NCBI GenBank assembly: GCA_037133395.1
Contig: JBAXOG010000006.1
Location: 1,036-65,035, forward strand
Length of the DNA: 64,000 nucleotides
From: a bacterium
GTDB lineage: Bacteria; Verrucomicrobiota; Kiritimatiellia; RFP12; UBA1067
Direction: 5' to 3'
This document shows, in pieces, positions 43,203-53,911 of the stretch. Both the position numbers and the translations under genes were made by a program. Under the pieces are notes generated by a model. It saw only the letters and a program-made list of their open reading frames with translations. It ran no database searches and had not been told where the DNA came from. How positions within the stretch are numbered: position 1 is the first letter of the stretch; every line of letters starts with the position of its first letter.

Positions 43203-46200
43203 ATGAATAAAGCACTGCTCAGCATTGTCCTGACGCTTTCGGGCGCCGTATACGCCAAGGACGCCAACCCCGCCGTGGAGCTCGGGAAGAATTCCATCGA
43301 TCCGGCGACGAGCCAAGGCAAAGGCGAACTGGAGGTCGGCTTTCTGAATCCCCCTGACTCGGCCAAGCCGCAGACGTGGTGGCACTGGGCTGACGGCAAC
43401 ATTGGCAAGGAGGGGATCACCGCCGAACTGGAGGCCATGAAGCGTATCGGACTGGGGGGAGCGCACTTATTTACGGTGGGGGGCTACCCGCCGATTCCGA
43501 ATCCAAAAGTACCCTGTCTCAGTCCAGAGTGGCACGGTATGGTACGCCACGCGTTGGCGGAGTGCGACCGCCTCGGGCTGGCCTTGACCGCGCAGGACTG
43601 TGCGGGCTGGACCACAGCGGGTGGACCGTGGATCACGCCGGACAAGGCGATGTTTCATGTGGTCTGCGAAAAGCAGTCGGTCACAAACGGCAGTACGGTG
43701 AAATTGGCGGCGCCGCCGTCGTGGCCCGAAAAAGGGGCTTCCTATTACCGAGACATTGCAGTGTTGGCTTTTCCCACACCTGCGGCCTTTCTCGAACCAG
43801 CGACATTGCCTTTGCCCACGGTGACATCGGGTTTTGATGGCATACCCGATGTGAGCATGCTTAACCGGAGCGAGGCCCAGACCAAGGATAAAAAGTCGGA
43901 GAGTATCGTGTGCGCAATGGCATCCAAGCAGCCGGGATGGGTACAGTTTGAATTTCCCGAAGCGGTGACCTGCCGGTCAGTTCTGATCATGGGCGGCGGG
44001 CGGGAATGTATCGAGCCGGATGAGCAGCGTCCGTCCGTGTGGGCGGGAGACGACGGGAAGCATTTTCAGAAAGTAATTCAGCTTTCCACCTTTGTCTGCG
44101 TGTATAACTGCGCGGAGGACGGCGTGACGCACGCGATTCCTGCCACGCGGGCACGGTTCTTCCGTCTCGTCTGGGACAGCCCAGCCAAGCCCCTCCTGAA
44201 GCGCGTGACGTGGTCTGCCGGGCCGGTGATCACAGCGCATAAGGCGCAAGTGGGCGACGAAGGTCGAACCATGGTTTCCGAACCGAATTTTCCGGATGAG
44301 GCGAACAGCGCGGTGGATCCAGCGGGTATCATCGATCTCACCGAGAAACGTGATGCTCAAGGCAACCTGACATGGACGGCACCCGCGGGTTCATGGACGG
44401 TGCTACGCGTCGGCTACCGGGGAACCGGCAAAGGCAACGCGCCCGCTCCGCGTGAAGCGTCTGGGTTGGAGTGCGACAAGTTCAGCCGCGCGGCGACGTC
44501 ATTCCATTTCGACAACTACATCGGGCGGATACTCGCAGAAGCCAAGGCCGCTAAAAGCAAGGCGATGAAAGGGGTATTGGTGGACAGTTGGGAGGCGGGT
44601 ACGCAGAATTGGTCGCCGGTTTTCCGGGATGAGTTCCGCAAGCGGCGCGGCTACGACATGCTTCCTTATCTGCCTGCTTATGCGGGATTCATCGTAGGCG
44701 ACCGCGAACGCACGCGGCGTTATCTGCGCGACGCACGGCAGACGGGCAGCGACTTGGTCTCCGAGAACTTTTTTGGGACGTTGCGGAAACGTGCGCATGA
44801 AAAGGGTCTGCAACTCTATGCCGAGTCCTGCGGCGGCAACGGCGCGGGTGTGATGGTGGCCGATGGTGTGCAGCATTACCTGTACACAGACATTCCGATG
44901 ACAGAAGATGGCGGGCGACCGATGCGGGAGGCGGTTTCGGCCGCACGCCTCACAGGCAAGCCAGTGGTGGCGATGGAAACATTTACTCAAGGGGGCGGCG
45001 CCGATTGGTCCAGCCATCCGGGTAACCTCAAGTCAGGCAGCGACGGATATTTTTGTAGCGGCATCAGCCGCCTCGTCTTCCATACATACGCGCACAATCC
45101 CAATGTTGAAAGGCTCGCACCAGGTCCAGCCTTCTGGAAATACGGCTTGCCGTTTAGTCGCGGGCAGACGTGGTGGGAACAGGGAAGGGCGTGGATGATC
45201 TACCTCTCGCGGTGTCAGTTCCTGCTACAGCGCGGTCAAGGCGCGGCTGATACGCTCTGTTTTTACGGCGAAGAGCCTGCGGGTCCGATTCCGAACGTGT
45301 TTGTCAAAAACGTGTCAGTTCGCGACACGTGGGGAAAACTGCCGAAGGGGTATGATTTCGATCTGTTGCCGGCGGAGTTTCTGATCAAGGAGCTGTCCGT
45401 TCGAGACGGCATGTTGGCGGGATCGGACGGCGCCGCTTATCGACTGTTGGTCTTACGCGACTCCGACCGGATGACGCCCGAGGCCGCCGCAAAGATTCGA
45501 AAACTGGTGAAAGCGGGAGCTACGATTCTGGGTCCGAAACCGCAACGGAGCCCCAGCCTGCAAGATTACCCACGGTGTGACGCAGCGGTACGAGCGGTAG
45601 GGGATGAGGTGTGGGGTGACTGCGACGGCAAGACCGTCACGCAACACACCTTTGGCAAGGGGCGCGTGTTCTGGGGTGTGACGGTGGCGGAGGCGCTGAA
45701 GGTCATGGCCTTACAACCGGACTTCGCCTATACCTGCGGTGACGCAAACGCGAACATCCGTTTTATTCACCGCCGTGATAATGATGCGGAGATCTACTTC
45801 GTTGCCTGTCAGGGACCTGGCTCCGTGGACATCGAGGCGAGCTTCCGCGTCAGTGGCAAAAGGCCCGAGCTTTGGGATCCTGTCACCGGGCGTATGCACG
45901 AGGCCTCCTCGTTCCGTCAGGAAGGTGGGCGGACGTTCCTGCCGTTGCACTTCGAGCGGGCCGGCTCGGTATTCGTGATCTTCCGCAAATCCATAGATGC
46001 CGATGCGACTGGACGTGCGAAGAGCAACGAACCAACGCTCACAGAAGCACTGACGTTGAAAGCACCGTGGAGCGTGTCGTTCAAGGGCTGGGGCGCGCCA
46101 GAGTCCATTGCTTTTGCAACGCTTGAGGATTGGGCGAAGCGGCCGGAAAAGGCCATCCAGTATTATTCCGGTACGGCGGTGTACCGCACCGCATTCGACT

Positions 46201-46514
46201 GGGCCTCATCGGTTCCGGAAAAGGTACTGCTCGATCTTGGGAATGTCGAGGTCATTGCGACAGTCTTTCTAAACGGGACGGACTGTGGCATTGCTTGGAC
46301 ACACCCCTACCGGGTGGAGATCGCCAAAGCACTGAAGCAGGGCCGCAACGAATTGGAAGTTCACGTAGCCAATACGTGGGCCAACCGCTTGATCGGGGAT
46401 GAGCGGTTACCTGCGGCGGAACGGAAGACCTGGACGACGTACCATGCTTTCACCAAAGATTCCCAGCCCATTCGTTCCGGACTACTGGGGCCGGTTGTGA
46501 TTCAAACTGAATAA
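43203..46514 (+). CDS. Large secreted glycoside hydrolase, GH106 (alpha-L-rhamnosidase)-like with C-terminal galactose-binding-like domain
   Basis: Signal peptide. The N-terminal FLNPPDSAKPQTWWHWADGNIGKEGITAELEAMKRIGLGGAHLF motif is one I associate with this family. Family assignment is from memory only. Confidence 0.5.
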   Translation: MNKALLSIVLTLSGAVYAKDANPAVELGKNSIDPATSQGKGELEVGFLNPPDSAKPQTWWHWADGNIGKEGITAELEAMKRIGLGGAHLFTVGGYPPIPNPKVPCLSPEWHGMVRHALAECDRLGLALTAQDCAGWTTAGGPWITPDKAMFHVVCEKQSVTNGSTVKLAAPPSWPEKGASYYRDIAVLAFPTPAAFLEPATLPLPTVTSGFDGIPDVSMLNRSEAQTKDKKSESIVCAMASKQPGWVQFEFPEAVTCRSVLIMGGGRECIEPDEQRPSVWAGDDGKHFQKVIQLSTFVCVYNCAEDGVTHAIPATRARFFRLVWDSPAKPLLKRVTWSAGPVITAHKAQVGDEGRTMVSEPNFPDEANSAVDPAGIIDLTEKRDAQGNLTWTAPAGSWTVLRVGYRGTGKGNAPAPREASGLECDKFSRAATSFHFDNYIGRILAEAKAAKSKAMKGVLVDSWEAGTQNWSPVFRDEFRKRRGYDMLPYLPAYAGFIVGDRERTRRYLRDARQTGSDLVSENFFGTLRKRAHEKGLQLYAESCGGNGAGVMVADGVQHYLYTDIPMTEDGGRPMREAVSAARLTGKPVVAMETFTQGGGADWSSHPGNLKSGSDGYFCSGISRLVFHTYAHNPNVERLAPGPAFWKYGLPFSRGQTWWEQGRAWMIYLSRCQFLLQRGQGAADTLCFYGEEPAGPIPNVFVKNVSVRDTWGKLPKGYDFDLLPAEFLIKELSVRDGMLAGSDGAAYRLLVLRDSDRMTPEAAAKIRKLVKAGATILGPKPQRSPSLQDYPRCDAAVRAVGDEVWGDCDGKTVTQHTFGKGRVFWGVTVAEALKVMALQPDFAYTCGDANANIRFIHRRDNDAEIYFVACQGPGSVDIEASFRVSGKRPELWDPVTGRMHEASSFRQEGGRTFLPLHFERAGSVFVIFRKSIDADATGRAKSNEPTLTEALTLKAPWSVSFKGWGAPESIAFATLEDWAKRPEKAIQYYSGTAVYRTAFDWASSVPEKVLLDLGNVEVIATVFLNGTDCGIAWTHPYRVEIAKALKQGRNELEVHVANTWANRLIGDERLPAAERKTWTTYHAFTKDSQPIRSGLLGPVVIQTE

Positions 46515-46540
46515 CGTAGACGAAAACGGGTAGGAAAAAA

Positions 46541-48175
46541 ATGAATCAAGTTTTATGCAGGGGGCAACAACGGTATTTAGAATTCGGGTTCAAGGGCCTG
46601 GCTGCCCTTTTGTGCGGCGCAGTTCTCAATGTTGCGGTAGCCGCTGTGCGGCCTGCCGGCGAATTTGGGGCGCTTCCGGACGATGATAAAGATGATGCGG
46701 TGGCGATCAACCGCGTACTTGCGCAAGCGCAGCCGGGCGACACGGTCACTCTTGCCGAAGGAACGTTTCTATTATCGGCACAGCTACAACTGCGAGAGGG
46801 CGTCACACTGAAAGGTGCCGGGCAGGAGAAGACGCGCCTTGTCTTCTGCGGAGAGCATAAACATTGTTTCATCCACATGAGTAAAATCTCCAAAGTGGAG
46901 GTTTGTCATTTGACCCTTGACGCTCGGCGTAACCCCAAGGCCATTCAAGGCATTGTGGCTGCTGAGTGTACGTCGTTGTCCCTCCACCATTTGACCATCC
47001 AGAATTTTGCGGACACAGAGGACTTTGGCCCGCACGGCATTCTGTTGTCCCGGACATCGGACTCGGTTATCAGCGATAATACGATCAGCAATATCGCACC
47101 AGAGGATCCTTGGGGGGCGGGCATTCGGGTGGGCGACGGTTCGCTACGGAACGTGATCGAGCGGAACCACATCGATAAAACGGGGCGTGGCGGTATCTTC
47201 ACGAACAACGGTGCTGCGGAGGCTGTGATTCGGGAAAACGTGATCACCGGTTCGGGCGGCATCGGGTTTGCGATCGAAGTCCACAGTGGAAGTGATCGAA
47301 CGTTGGTGGAGGACAATGTGGTCGACCACGGGCTGAGCATTGTCAGCGGAAATTGCGCGGTGCGACGGAACATCGTGACGGTTGCTGACGGGACGTGGAA
47401 AGCGTATGGCATCGAGGGAGGGGGCGGGCCGGACGGGGTTGTGACCGGCAACATCATCCACTACGGGCAGATCGAGGGTATTTCTCTTTCGGGCACCGCA
47501 CCCTACATATTCTGGGCTCACAATCAATTTGTATGCTGCACGATGTGGGGCATGCAGATCCAAGGACCATCCGAGAGCAACAAGATCAGCAACCTGTATT
47601 TTTATGACAACACGTTCAGCCGGACCTTTAAGGGTCATCCGAGTGCTGTTTACAAAGGGGCGGACGGACACGCGATCCGGCTCAACAACCATGTCTCTCA
47701 TCTGGTCTTCGACAGTAATCGGATAATCGACAACGCTGGCCAGGGGTTTCAGATATGCGGGCGAGATGTCAACTACCTGACCTTCGTCAATAATGTCATT
47801 GCGAACAACCGGGCAGCTTCGATCCTGGGTTATCCGGGGGATACCGTGGTTTGGGAAAACAACCGGGTGGCGGGCAACGGAACGAACGTGGTATTAAAAA
47901 CCCAAGGCAAAGTCGGGAGTCTGCCGGTTGCGTCTTTTTCGGTGCCATCCCGTGTTCGCGCGGGCGAGCCGGTGGTTTTTAAAAACACCTCGACGGACGC
48001 GGAGGCGATCGCTCACGTGCTCTGGGATTTCGACGACGGCATTCCGTCCGTTGAACGAGATCCCACGTATACCTATCACAAGCCTGGAGCCTATCGCGTG
48101 AACCTGTTGGTTTGGAACAAACAGGATCATGCGGCCATGGCAGCCGAGCGGACGATCTGGGTTGAAGGCAACTAG
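46541..48175 (+). CDS. Right-handed parallel beta-helix (pectate-lyase-fold) protein with C-terminal PKD domain
   Basis: Repeated ~22-aa N/G/I-rich turns (NxIxxN...). C-terminus ASFSVPSRVRAGEPVVFKNTS...WDFDDG...TYTYHKPGAYRVNLLVWN is a PKD signature. Confidence 0.7.
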   Translation: MNQVLCRGQQRYLEFGFKGLAALLCGAVLNVAVAAVRPAGEFGALPDDDKDDAVAINRVLAQAQPGDTVTLAEGTFLLSAQLQLREGVTLKGAGQEKTRLVFCGEHKHCFIHMSKISKVEVCHLTLDARRNPKAIQGIVAAECTSLSLHHLTIQNFADTEDFGPHGILLSRTSDSVISDNTISNIAPEDPWGAGIRVGDGSLRNVIERNHIDKTGRGGIFTNNGAAEAVIRENVITGSGGIGFAIEVHSGSDRTLVEDNVVDHGLSIVSGNCAVRRNIVTVADGTWKAYGIEGGGGPDGVVTGNIIHYGQIEGISLSGTAPYIFWAHNQFVCCTMWGMQIQGPSESNKISNLYFYDNTFSRTFKGHPSAVYKGADGHAIRLNNHVSHLVFDSNRIIDNAGQGFQICGRDVNYLTFVNNVIANNRAASILGYPGDTVVWENNRVAGNGTNVVLKTQGKVGSLPVASFSVPSRVRAGEPVVFKNTSTDAEAIAHVLWDFDDGIPSVERDPTYTYHKPGAYRVNLLVWNKQDHAAMAAERTIWVEGN

Positions 48176-48244
48176 ACCCTTAAATACCCCGTCCCTTTGT
48201 TCGATTTTTTTGAAGTTATAGGCAATTAATAGAGGAGTGGACGT

Positions 48245-50326
48245 ATGAATGTGACAAGAACCCCCGGTGTTCTAATTATGGTTTTGGCTTGGGTGGTTGG
48301 AACAACAACCCTTTATGCCGATCAGGGTATGTGGCTGTATACCGATGCCCCCCGAGCGCAACTCAAGGCCAAATACGGGTTCGAGCCTGATGACGCCTGG
48401 CTTGAGCATGTGCGGAAAGCCTCGGTGCGTTTCAACAGTGGGGGTTCCGGCTCGTTTGTCTCAGAAGACGGTCTGGTTCTTTCCAACCATCATGTGGGTT
48501 CGGATAACCTGCATAAGTTCGGCGATGCGACACATAATTATTTGCGTGATGGTTTCTTCGCCAAGACACGCAAAGAGGAAAAGAAATGTCTGGATCTTGA
48601 ACTCAATGTGTTGATGGAGATTGAGGACGTTACAGCTCGTGTCAAAGCGGCTGTGCAGCCTGGGCAAACGCCTGAGCAGGCCTTTGCCGCCCGCCGTTCG
48701 GCGAAGGCCGCCATTGAAAAAGAGTCGCTCGAAAAGACTGGCCTGCGGAGCGACGTGGTCACGCTCTACCAGGGCGGTCGCTACCACCTCTACCGGTTCA
48801 AGAAATATACGGATGTGCGTCTGGTATTTGCCCCCGAACAGCAAGCCGCCTTTTTCGGTGGAGACCCTGACAATTTCGAGTATCCGAGGTTTGATCTGGA
48901 CATTTGTTTCTTCCGTGTCTATGAAAATGATCGTCCGGTCAAGGTACAGCATTATTTGAAGTTCAGCGCAACAGGGGCCGCTGAAAACGAGCTGGTGTTT
49001 GTTTCGGGTCACCCAGGGAATACGTCTCGGTCGTTGACGATGGAGGAGCTTTCTTATCTACGGGATCAGCGATATCCGTATTTTCTGAATCTAGCACATC
49101 AGCTTGAGGTGATGTTGATTTCATACAGCGGGCGGAGTGCGGAAAATGCCCGACGGGCAAAGGAAATGTTATTCGGTATACAAAATAGCCGCAAGGCCGT
49201 TGAAGGCAAACTGGCCGGCATGTTGGATCCCCAATTGATGGCGCTCAAGCAGGCGGACGAGACAAACCTTCGTCAGACTGTAATAGCAAAGCCAGAATTG
49301 AAAGGAACGCTGTCAGCATGGGATGCGGTGGCTGGTGCGCAAAAAGTAATCGCTGATCATGCTCTCCTTTACAACCTGTTGGAAAGGGGTCACGGCTTCA
49401 ACAGCACGTTGTTTGTAATTGCGCGAACCCTGTTGCGGTCCGCAGAAGAAAAGTCTAAACCCAACGGTGACCGCCTGCGTGAATTTCGAGATTCTAACCG
49501 AGAGTCGTTGGAGCTGGAGCTGTTTTCGGATGAGCCGTTGTATGACGATTTTGAGCAGCTCAAGTTGGGGCAGTCGTTGACATGGCTGGCAGGTAATCTC
49601 GGCTTTGCCCATCCGCTCGTGCAACAGGTACTAGCCGGGAAGTCTCCGCGCGATCGTGCTGCGGAACTGGTGCTCAAATCGGATTTAAAAAATAGTGCAC
49701 TGCGGCGCACATTATATGCGGGCACGCCGCACGACGTGGTAATGGCACATGACCCCATGATCGAGCTGGCGCGGCTTCTGGATCCCGAGTCGCGGGCGGT
49801 ACGAAAGATCATGGAAACTCAGGATGAGGTGAAGCAGCAAGCTTATGCTAAAATCGCCTGCGCGCGATTTGCGCTTGAAGGTACGAGCCTGTATCCTGAC
49901 GCGACCTTTACCCTGCGGCTGGCGTATGGTGTGGTCAAGGGTTACGAGCAAGAGGGACAGAAGATCCCATTCCAAACGACCTTCGCCGGACTTTATGAAC
50001 GGTCCAAGGCGCATCAGAACCAGCCGCCGTTTGATTTGCCGGAACGCTGGCTGAAGCGGAAGTCCAAACTCGATATGGACACGCCGTTCAATTTTGTCGC
50101 GACTGCGGATATTATTGGCGGCAACTCGGGTAGCCCAGTGGTCAACAAAAAGGGCGAGTTCGTGGGCATCATTTTTGATGGCAATATCCAGTCCCTGGTT
50201 CTGGATTTCATCTATACGGAGACGCAGGCGCGTGCGGTGTCGGTGCATTCACGCGCCATTCTTGAGTCGCTGAAGAAGGTGTATGGTGCTACTGCTCTGG
50301 CCGATGAACTGCAGGGCAGCCCATAA
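48245..50326 (+). CDS. S46-family dipeptidyl-peptidase (DPP7/DPP11-like)
   Basis: N-terminal ADQGMWL after the signal peptide. Catalytic His region SNHHVG. Ser region IIGGNSGSPVVN. Confidence 0.9.
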   Translation: MNVTRTPGVLIMVLAWVVGTTTLYADQGMWLYTDAPRAQLKAKYGFEPDDAWLEHVRKASVRFNSGGSGSFVSEDGLVLSNHHVGSDNLHKFGDATHNYLRDGFFAKTRKEEKKCLDLELNVLMEIEDVTARVKAAVQPGQTPEQAFAARRSAKAAIEKESLEKTGLRSDVVTLYQGGRYHLYRFKKYTDVRLVFAPEQQAAFFGGDPDNFEYPRFDLDICFFRVYENDRPVKVQHYLKFSATGAAENELVFVSGHPGNTSRSLTMEELSYLRDQRYPYFLNLAHQLEVMLISYSGRSAENARRAKEMLFGIQNSRKAVEGKLAGMLDPQLMALKQADETNLRQTVIAKPELKGTLSAWDAVAGAQKVIADHALLYNLLERGHGFNSTLFVIARTLLRSAEEKSKPNGDRLREFRDSNRESLELELFSDEPLYDDFEQLKLGQSLTWLAGNLGFAHPLVQQVLAGKSPRDRAAELVLKSDLKNSALRRTLYAGTPHDVVMAHDPMIELARLLDPESRAVRKIMETQDEVKQQAYAKIACARFALEGTSLYPDATFTLRLAYGVVKGYEQEGQKIPFQTTFAGLYERSKAHQNQPPFDLPERWLKRKSKLDMDTPFNFVATADIIGGNSGSPVVNKKGEFVGIIFDGNIQSLVLDFIYTETQARAVSVHSRAILESLKKVYGATALADELQGSP

Positions 50327-50355
50327 ATAACCTGTCCCTGTGTCCGCTCATCTCG

Positions 50356-51129
50356 CTATGCTTCGCGCTGATGGCGTTTGCGATAGTGGAAGGGCGTGCA
50401 GGACATCAGTTGCTTGAAGGTTTTCGTGAAGTGGCTGTGGTCGTAGAACCCTACTGCGAGCGCGATGTCTGTGATCGTGCGGTCAGTATGTTCTAGCAAA
50501 TCACGCGCTGCGCGGATGCGCACGCGCAGGAGGTACTCAATCGGACTGCATCCCAATATTTTTGAGAAGCGCCGTTCAAAGTGGGCTTGTGAAAGGCGCG
50601 AACGCTTCACCAAGTCCGCGAGCGTAATAGGTGTGGCATAGTTCGTGTGAAGATAGTCCAGGACTCTGGCGATGCGGCCATACCACTCCGGCGTATCACG
50701 CATGCCGTCAATGATGCGGTGTACCCCTGCCACGCCAATCGTCTTGCCATTTTTACCCTTGATCGGAAACTTGCTCCCGACGATCAGGCGGTCGGAATGT
50801 TCCGGTGCGGGTTCGACGGTGTTTAGGATCGGCTTCCCGCTTTTGATCACCGCTAGATCACTGGTGGCATAAATGTCCGCGCGATCTTTTGAAAAAAGAT
50901 CATGATCGGTCTTGCCGATGACATCGCGTTCGCTTTGCACCCCGGAATATTCCTGCGAGCGCCGATTCTGCATGATAAAGCGGCCTTGGGTGTCCTTGAT
51001 GAAGAAGGCGACATCCGGCAAGGCTTCAAAAAGGTGTTGAATAAGGCGGGGGTCGCCGATTTGGTCCAAGAACGCCTGTTGAAAGTCTAATGGTTTCATC
51101 CGATAAGCATAGCGAAGGGTCTGATACAC
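50356..51129 (-). CDS. AraC-family transcriptional regulator with N-terminal PAS-like sensor
   Basis: C-terminal AraC HTH (ITDIALAVGFYDHSHFTKTFKQLMSCTPFHYRK). The start may be Met11 (51099). Confidence 0.85.
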   Translation of the reverse strand: MYQTLRYAYRMKPLDFQQAFLDQIGDPRLIQHLFEALPDVAFFIKDTQGRFIMQNRRSQEYSGVQSERDVIGKTDHDLFSKDRADIYATSDLAVIKSGKPILNTVEPAPEHSDRLIVGSKFPIKGKNGKTIGVAGVHRIIDGMRDTPEWYGRIARVLDYLHTNYATPITLADLVKRSRLSQAHFERRFSKILGCSPIEYLLRVRIRAARDLLEHTDRTITDIALAVGFYDHSHFTKTFKQLMSCTPFHYRKRHQREA

Positions 51130-51240
51130 CTCAAGAAAAAGGTGATAAGATTTTACAAATTTTTGAGAAGATAATACAAGGCAAACTTCATTGGGATGTG
51201 CTAACCTGATGATACGTTTAAATAAAGGGAGGGGATTTTT

Positions 51241-52581
51241 ATGGAAATGACACGCAATGGTTTTTTAAAAACCATATCCGCAGGAGCAACGTTTTCTGCC
51301 TTGCCGGGCATTCTGAAGGCGCAGCAGGCGCCCTCAGCAAATGTGGCTGGGGCCAACAGTAAACTCAATATTGCTGGCATTGGCTTTGGAGGCCAGGGTG
51401 CGAGCAACTTGAACACCGTCGCGAACAAAGGGCATACGATTTTTGCGTTGTGCGATGTGGACCCCAATCATGTTAAGAAGATATGCGAGAAATATCCGCA
51501 GGCGAAGTTCTATGTGGACTACCGCGAGATGTTGGCGCAGGAGAAAAATATTGATGGCGTGGTGATTGCAACGCCCGACCATACCCATGCGGTGATCGCT
51601 GCTGCAGCTATGAAGGCTGGCAAGCATGCGTTTGTGCAGAAGCCCCTCTGCCATGATGTTTTTGAGTGCCGCGAGCTGATGCGTATCGCCAAAGAAAAGA
51701 AGGTCGTGACGCAGATGGGCATTCAAGGACACGCCTCGCCAGGGCACTACTTGATTCGTGAATGGGTGGCGGCAGGAGCTATCGGCACCCTCACGAGCAT
51801 TGATTCGTGGTGTGACCTCTCTTACTATCCCTGGGGCCATGCCTATTGGTCGTCGTGTATCGGCACGAAGCCCAAAGAGAAGATGCCCCTGCCAGAGGGG
51901 ATGAATTGGGACATCTTCATTGGACCTGCGGCGATGCGTGATTTCCATCGTGCGTATCATCCGGGTTCCTGGCGGGCTTGGTGGGATTTCGGCAATGGCA
52001 TGATGGGCGACCGCGGGGCGCACACCCTTGACGTGGTCTTTGAGATTCTGAATCGCAGAATGCCCGTGGCGATTGATGCGACCTCGTGCGGCAATAATCC
52101 CGATACGCATCCGCTGTCAGCCGTGATCACCTTTACGTTTGCTAAGCCGGATCTGAAGGTGACGTGGTATGAAGGCACCCGTCCGCCGCGGCCTGTTGAA
52201 CTTCCCGATGACCAGAGATTGCCTGCTGAGGGCGGTATCATCCTGAATGGTACGGAAGGGAAGATTATTGCAGGCATCTATGGGGATAGTCCCCGCATCA
52301 TTCCTGAAGCACGCATGAAGAGCTTTAAGCGGCCAGAGCAGACGCTGGTGCGTCCCAAGGGCGGCATTGAAGGCGACTGGCTGAACGCCATTGTCGAAGG
52401 GCGTAAATCCTGTGCCGACTTCGAGTATTCGGCGCGCCTCACGGAACTCACGTTGTTGGGCAACATTGCCAAGCGCGCGGACACGCGGCTGGTGTGGGAC
52501 GAGACCGCCATGAAGGTCACGAATATCGACAGCGCCAACCAATGGATCAAGTGTGCGCGCAGGGCTGGTTGGGAGATGTAA
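51241..52581 (+). CDS. TAT-signal Gfo/Idh/MocA-family oxidoreductase
   Basis: Signal TRNGFLKTISAGATFSALPGILKAQ. Rossmann LNIAGIGFGGQG. EKP-like motif FVQKPL. Confidence 0.85.
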   Translation: MEMTRNGFLKTISAGATFSALPGILKAQQAPSANVAGANSKLNIAGIGFGGQGASNLNTVANKGHTIFALCDVDPNHVKKICEKYPQAKFYVDYREMLAQEKNIDGVVIATPDHTHAVIAAAAMKAGKHAFVQKPLCHDVFECRELMRIAKEKKVVTQMGIQGHASPGHYLIREWVAAGAIGTLTSIDSWCDLSYYPWGHAYWSSCIGTKPKEKMPLPEGMNWDIFIGPAAMRDFHRAYHPGSWRAWWDFGNGMMGDRGAHTLDVVFEILNRRMPVAIDATSCGNNPDTHPLSAVITFTFAKPDLKVTWYEGTRPPRPVELPDDQRLPAEGGIILNGTEGKIIAGIYGDSPRIIPEARMKSFKRPEQTLVRPKGGIEGDWLNAIVEGRKSCADFEYSARLTELTLLGNIAKRADTRLVWDETAMKVTNIDSANQWIKCARRAGWEM

Positions 52582-52586
52582 GACAA

Positions 52587-52735
52587 GGAATAATGGAATG
52601 CTGGAATATTGGAATACTGGTATGGAGGGTACGGTTACACCCGCACCGACGGTCGGGGTGTAACCCGACCCTCCAACTTGTTTCAAGCGTCGGCGTTCCC
52701 CATTATTCCAGCATTCCCGTATTCCAACATTCCAG
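52587..52735. repeat. Composite palindromic element, 'GGAAT' family, copy 2
   Basis: Left arm GGAATAAT GGAATGCT GGAATATT GGAATACT GG. The central hairpin is clamped by GGAGGG...CCCTCC (52624-52674) but has a different stem sequence from copy 1. The right arm is the reverse-complement array. Confidence 0.9.
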
Positions 52736-52751
52736 TAAAGTATAAGACACC

Positions 52752-53753
52752 ATGAATTCATTAGAGAGATACATCAAGACCCTCAAGGGTGAACCCGTTG
52801 ACTTCTTGCCGCGGGTTCCCATCTTGATGCAGTTTGCTGCGGAATATATTGGGTCGAACTATGCGGCCTTTGCTTCAGATTACAACGTGCTTGTGGAAGC
52901 GAACATCCGTTGTCGCGAGGCATTTGATTTTGATCAGGTCAGCGTGATCTCGGATCCCTATCGCGAGGTGCAGGGGTTTGGCGGAAAGATCCGGTACGAA
53001 ATCAATCATCCGCCCGTGTGCGAACAGATTGTTGTTCCCGAGATTACCGACCTTTCTGCTTTGCCCGAGGACCCCGACCCGTATCATTGCGAGCGCATGC
53101 TCGACCGTCTTCTGGCGGTGCGCGAATATAAAAAGCGTGTAGGGGGGGAGTGTTCGATTTTAGGCTGGGTCGAAGGACCTGCGGCCGAGGCGGCAGATTT
53201 GCATGGTGTGGAGAATTTTCTATTGGACACGATGATGGAGCCTGAAGCGTGCGCGGTCTTGATGGCGCGCTGCACGAAGACGGCGATTCGCTTTGCAAAG
53301 GCGCAGCTTGCAGAAGGCGCAGATACGATTGGCGTGGGAGATGCGATTTGCAGTCAGCTTCCGCCGGCTCTCTATCGCGAACTGGTCTGGCCGTATGAGA
53401 AACAACTTTTCGAAGCGATCCACGCTGCAGGTGGGCTTGTAAAGCTTCACATTTGCGGCGACATTACGCATCTGCTTCCGCATATAGCCGAGTTACCCAT
53501 TGACATTCTGGATCTGGATCATATCACCGATCCTGAAACTGCGCGGAAGACAATAGGCAGCGCCATTGCGATTGCCGGGCGGATCGATCCGGTGGCCGAT
53601 GTTCTTCATGGAACGCCTCAAGCGATACGCGGGGCTGTCCTTGAAAGTTATGCCAAAATCGGCAATCCGCATCTCGTGATGGCTGGTTGCGAAATTCCCT
53701 CCGGCACGCCAACCGAAAATCTGAAGGCGCTTTGCGCCCCCGTCTTTTTTTAG
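52752..53753 (+). CDS. Uroporphyrinogen-decarboxylase (URO-D) family protein (MtaA/CmuA-like methyltransferase/decarboxylase)
   Basis: Overall URO-D family layout (ERYIKTLKGEPVDFLPRVP..., ...HICGD...). Specific function not assignable. Confidence 0.75.
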   Translation: MNSLERYIKTLKGEPVDFLPRVPILMQFAAEYIGSNYAAFASDYNVLVEANIRCREAFDFDQVSVISDPYREVQGFGGKIRYEINHPPVCEQIVVPEITDLSALPEDPDPYHCERMLDRLLAVREYKKRVGGECSILGWVEGPAAEAADLHGVENFLLDTMMEPEACAVLMARCTKTAIRFAKAQLAEGADTIGVGDAICSQLPPALYRELVWPYEKQLFEAIHAAGGLVKLHICGDITHLLPHIAELPIDILDLDHITDPETARKTIGSAIAIAGRIDPVADVLHGTPQAIRGAVLESYAKIGNPHLVMAGCEIPSGTPTENLKALCAPVFF

Positions 53754-53911
53754 AACTCACGAAAACAAGAACTAAGAGTTTGACTTTTACATACCCTCCC
53801 TTCTATAGTAAACGAAGGTTTTATAAGTTATAGTAATAAGTGTTGCGTAAAATGCTACGGGACATTTATGTTTTTTTTGTATTGATTTTGAGCGATAGGG
53901 AGGTAGAGATC

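Noticed and set aside
52117-52761. ORFs 52117..52761(-), 52278..52586(-) and 52494..52745(+) around the second GGAAT element
   Set aside because: They are antisense to the oxidoreductase gene or are translations of the repeat arms (IPVFQYSSIPLF…). No coding signal.
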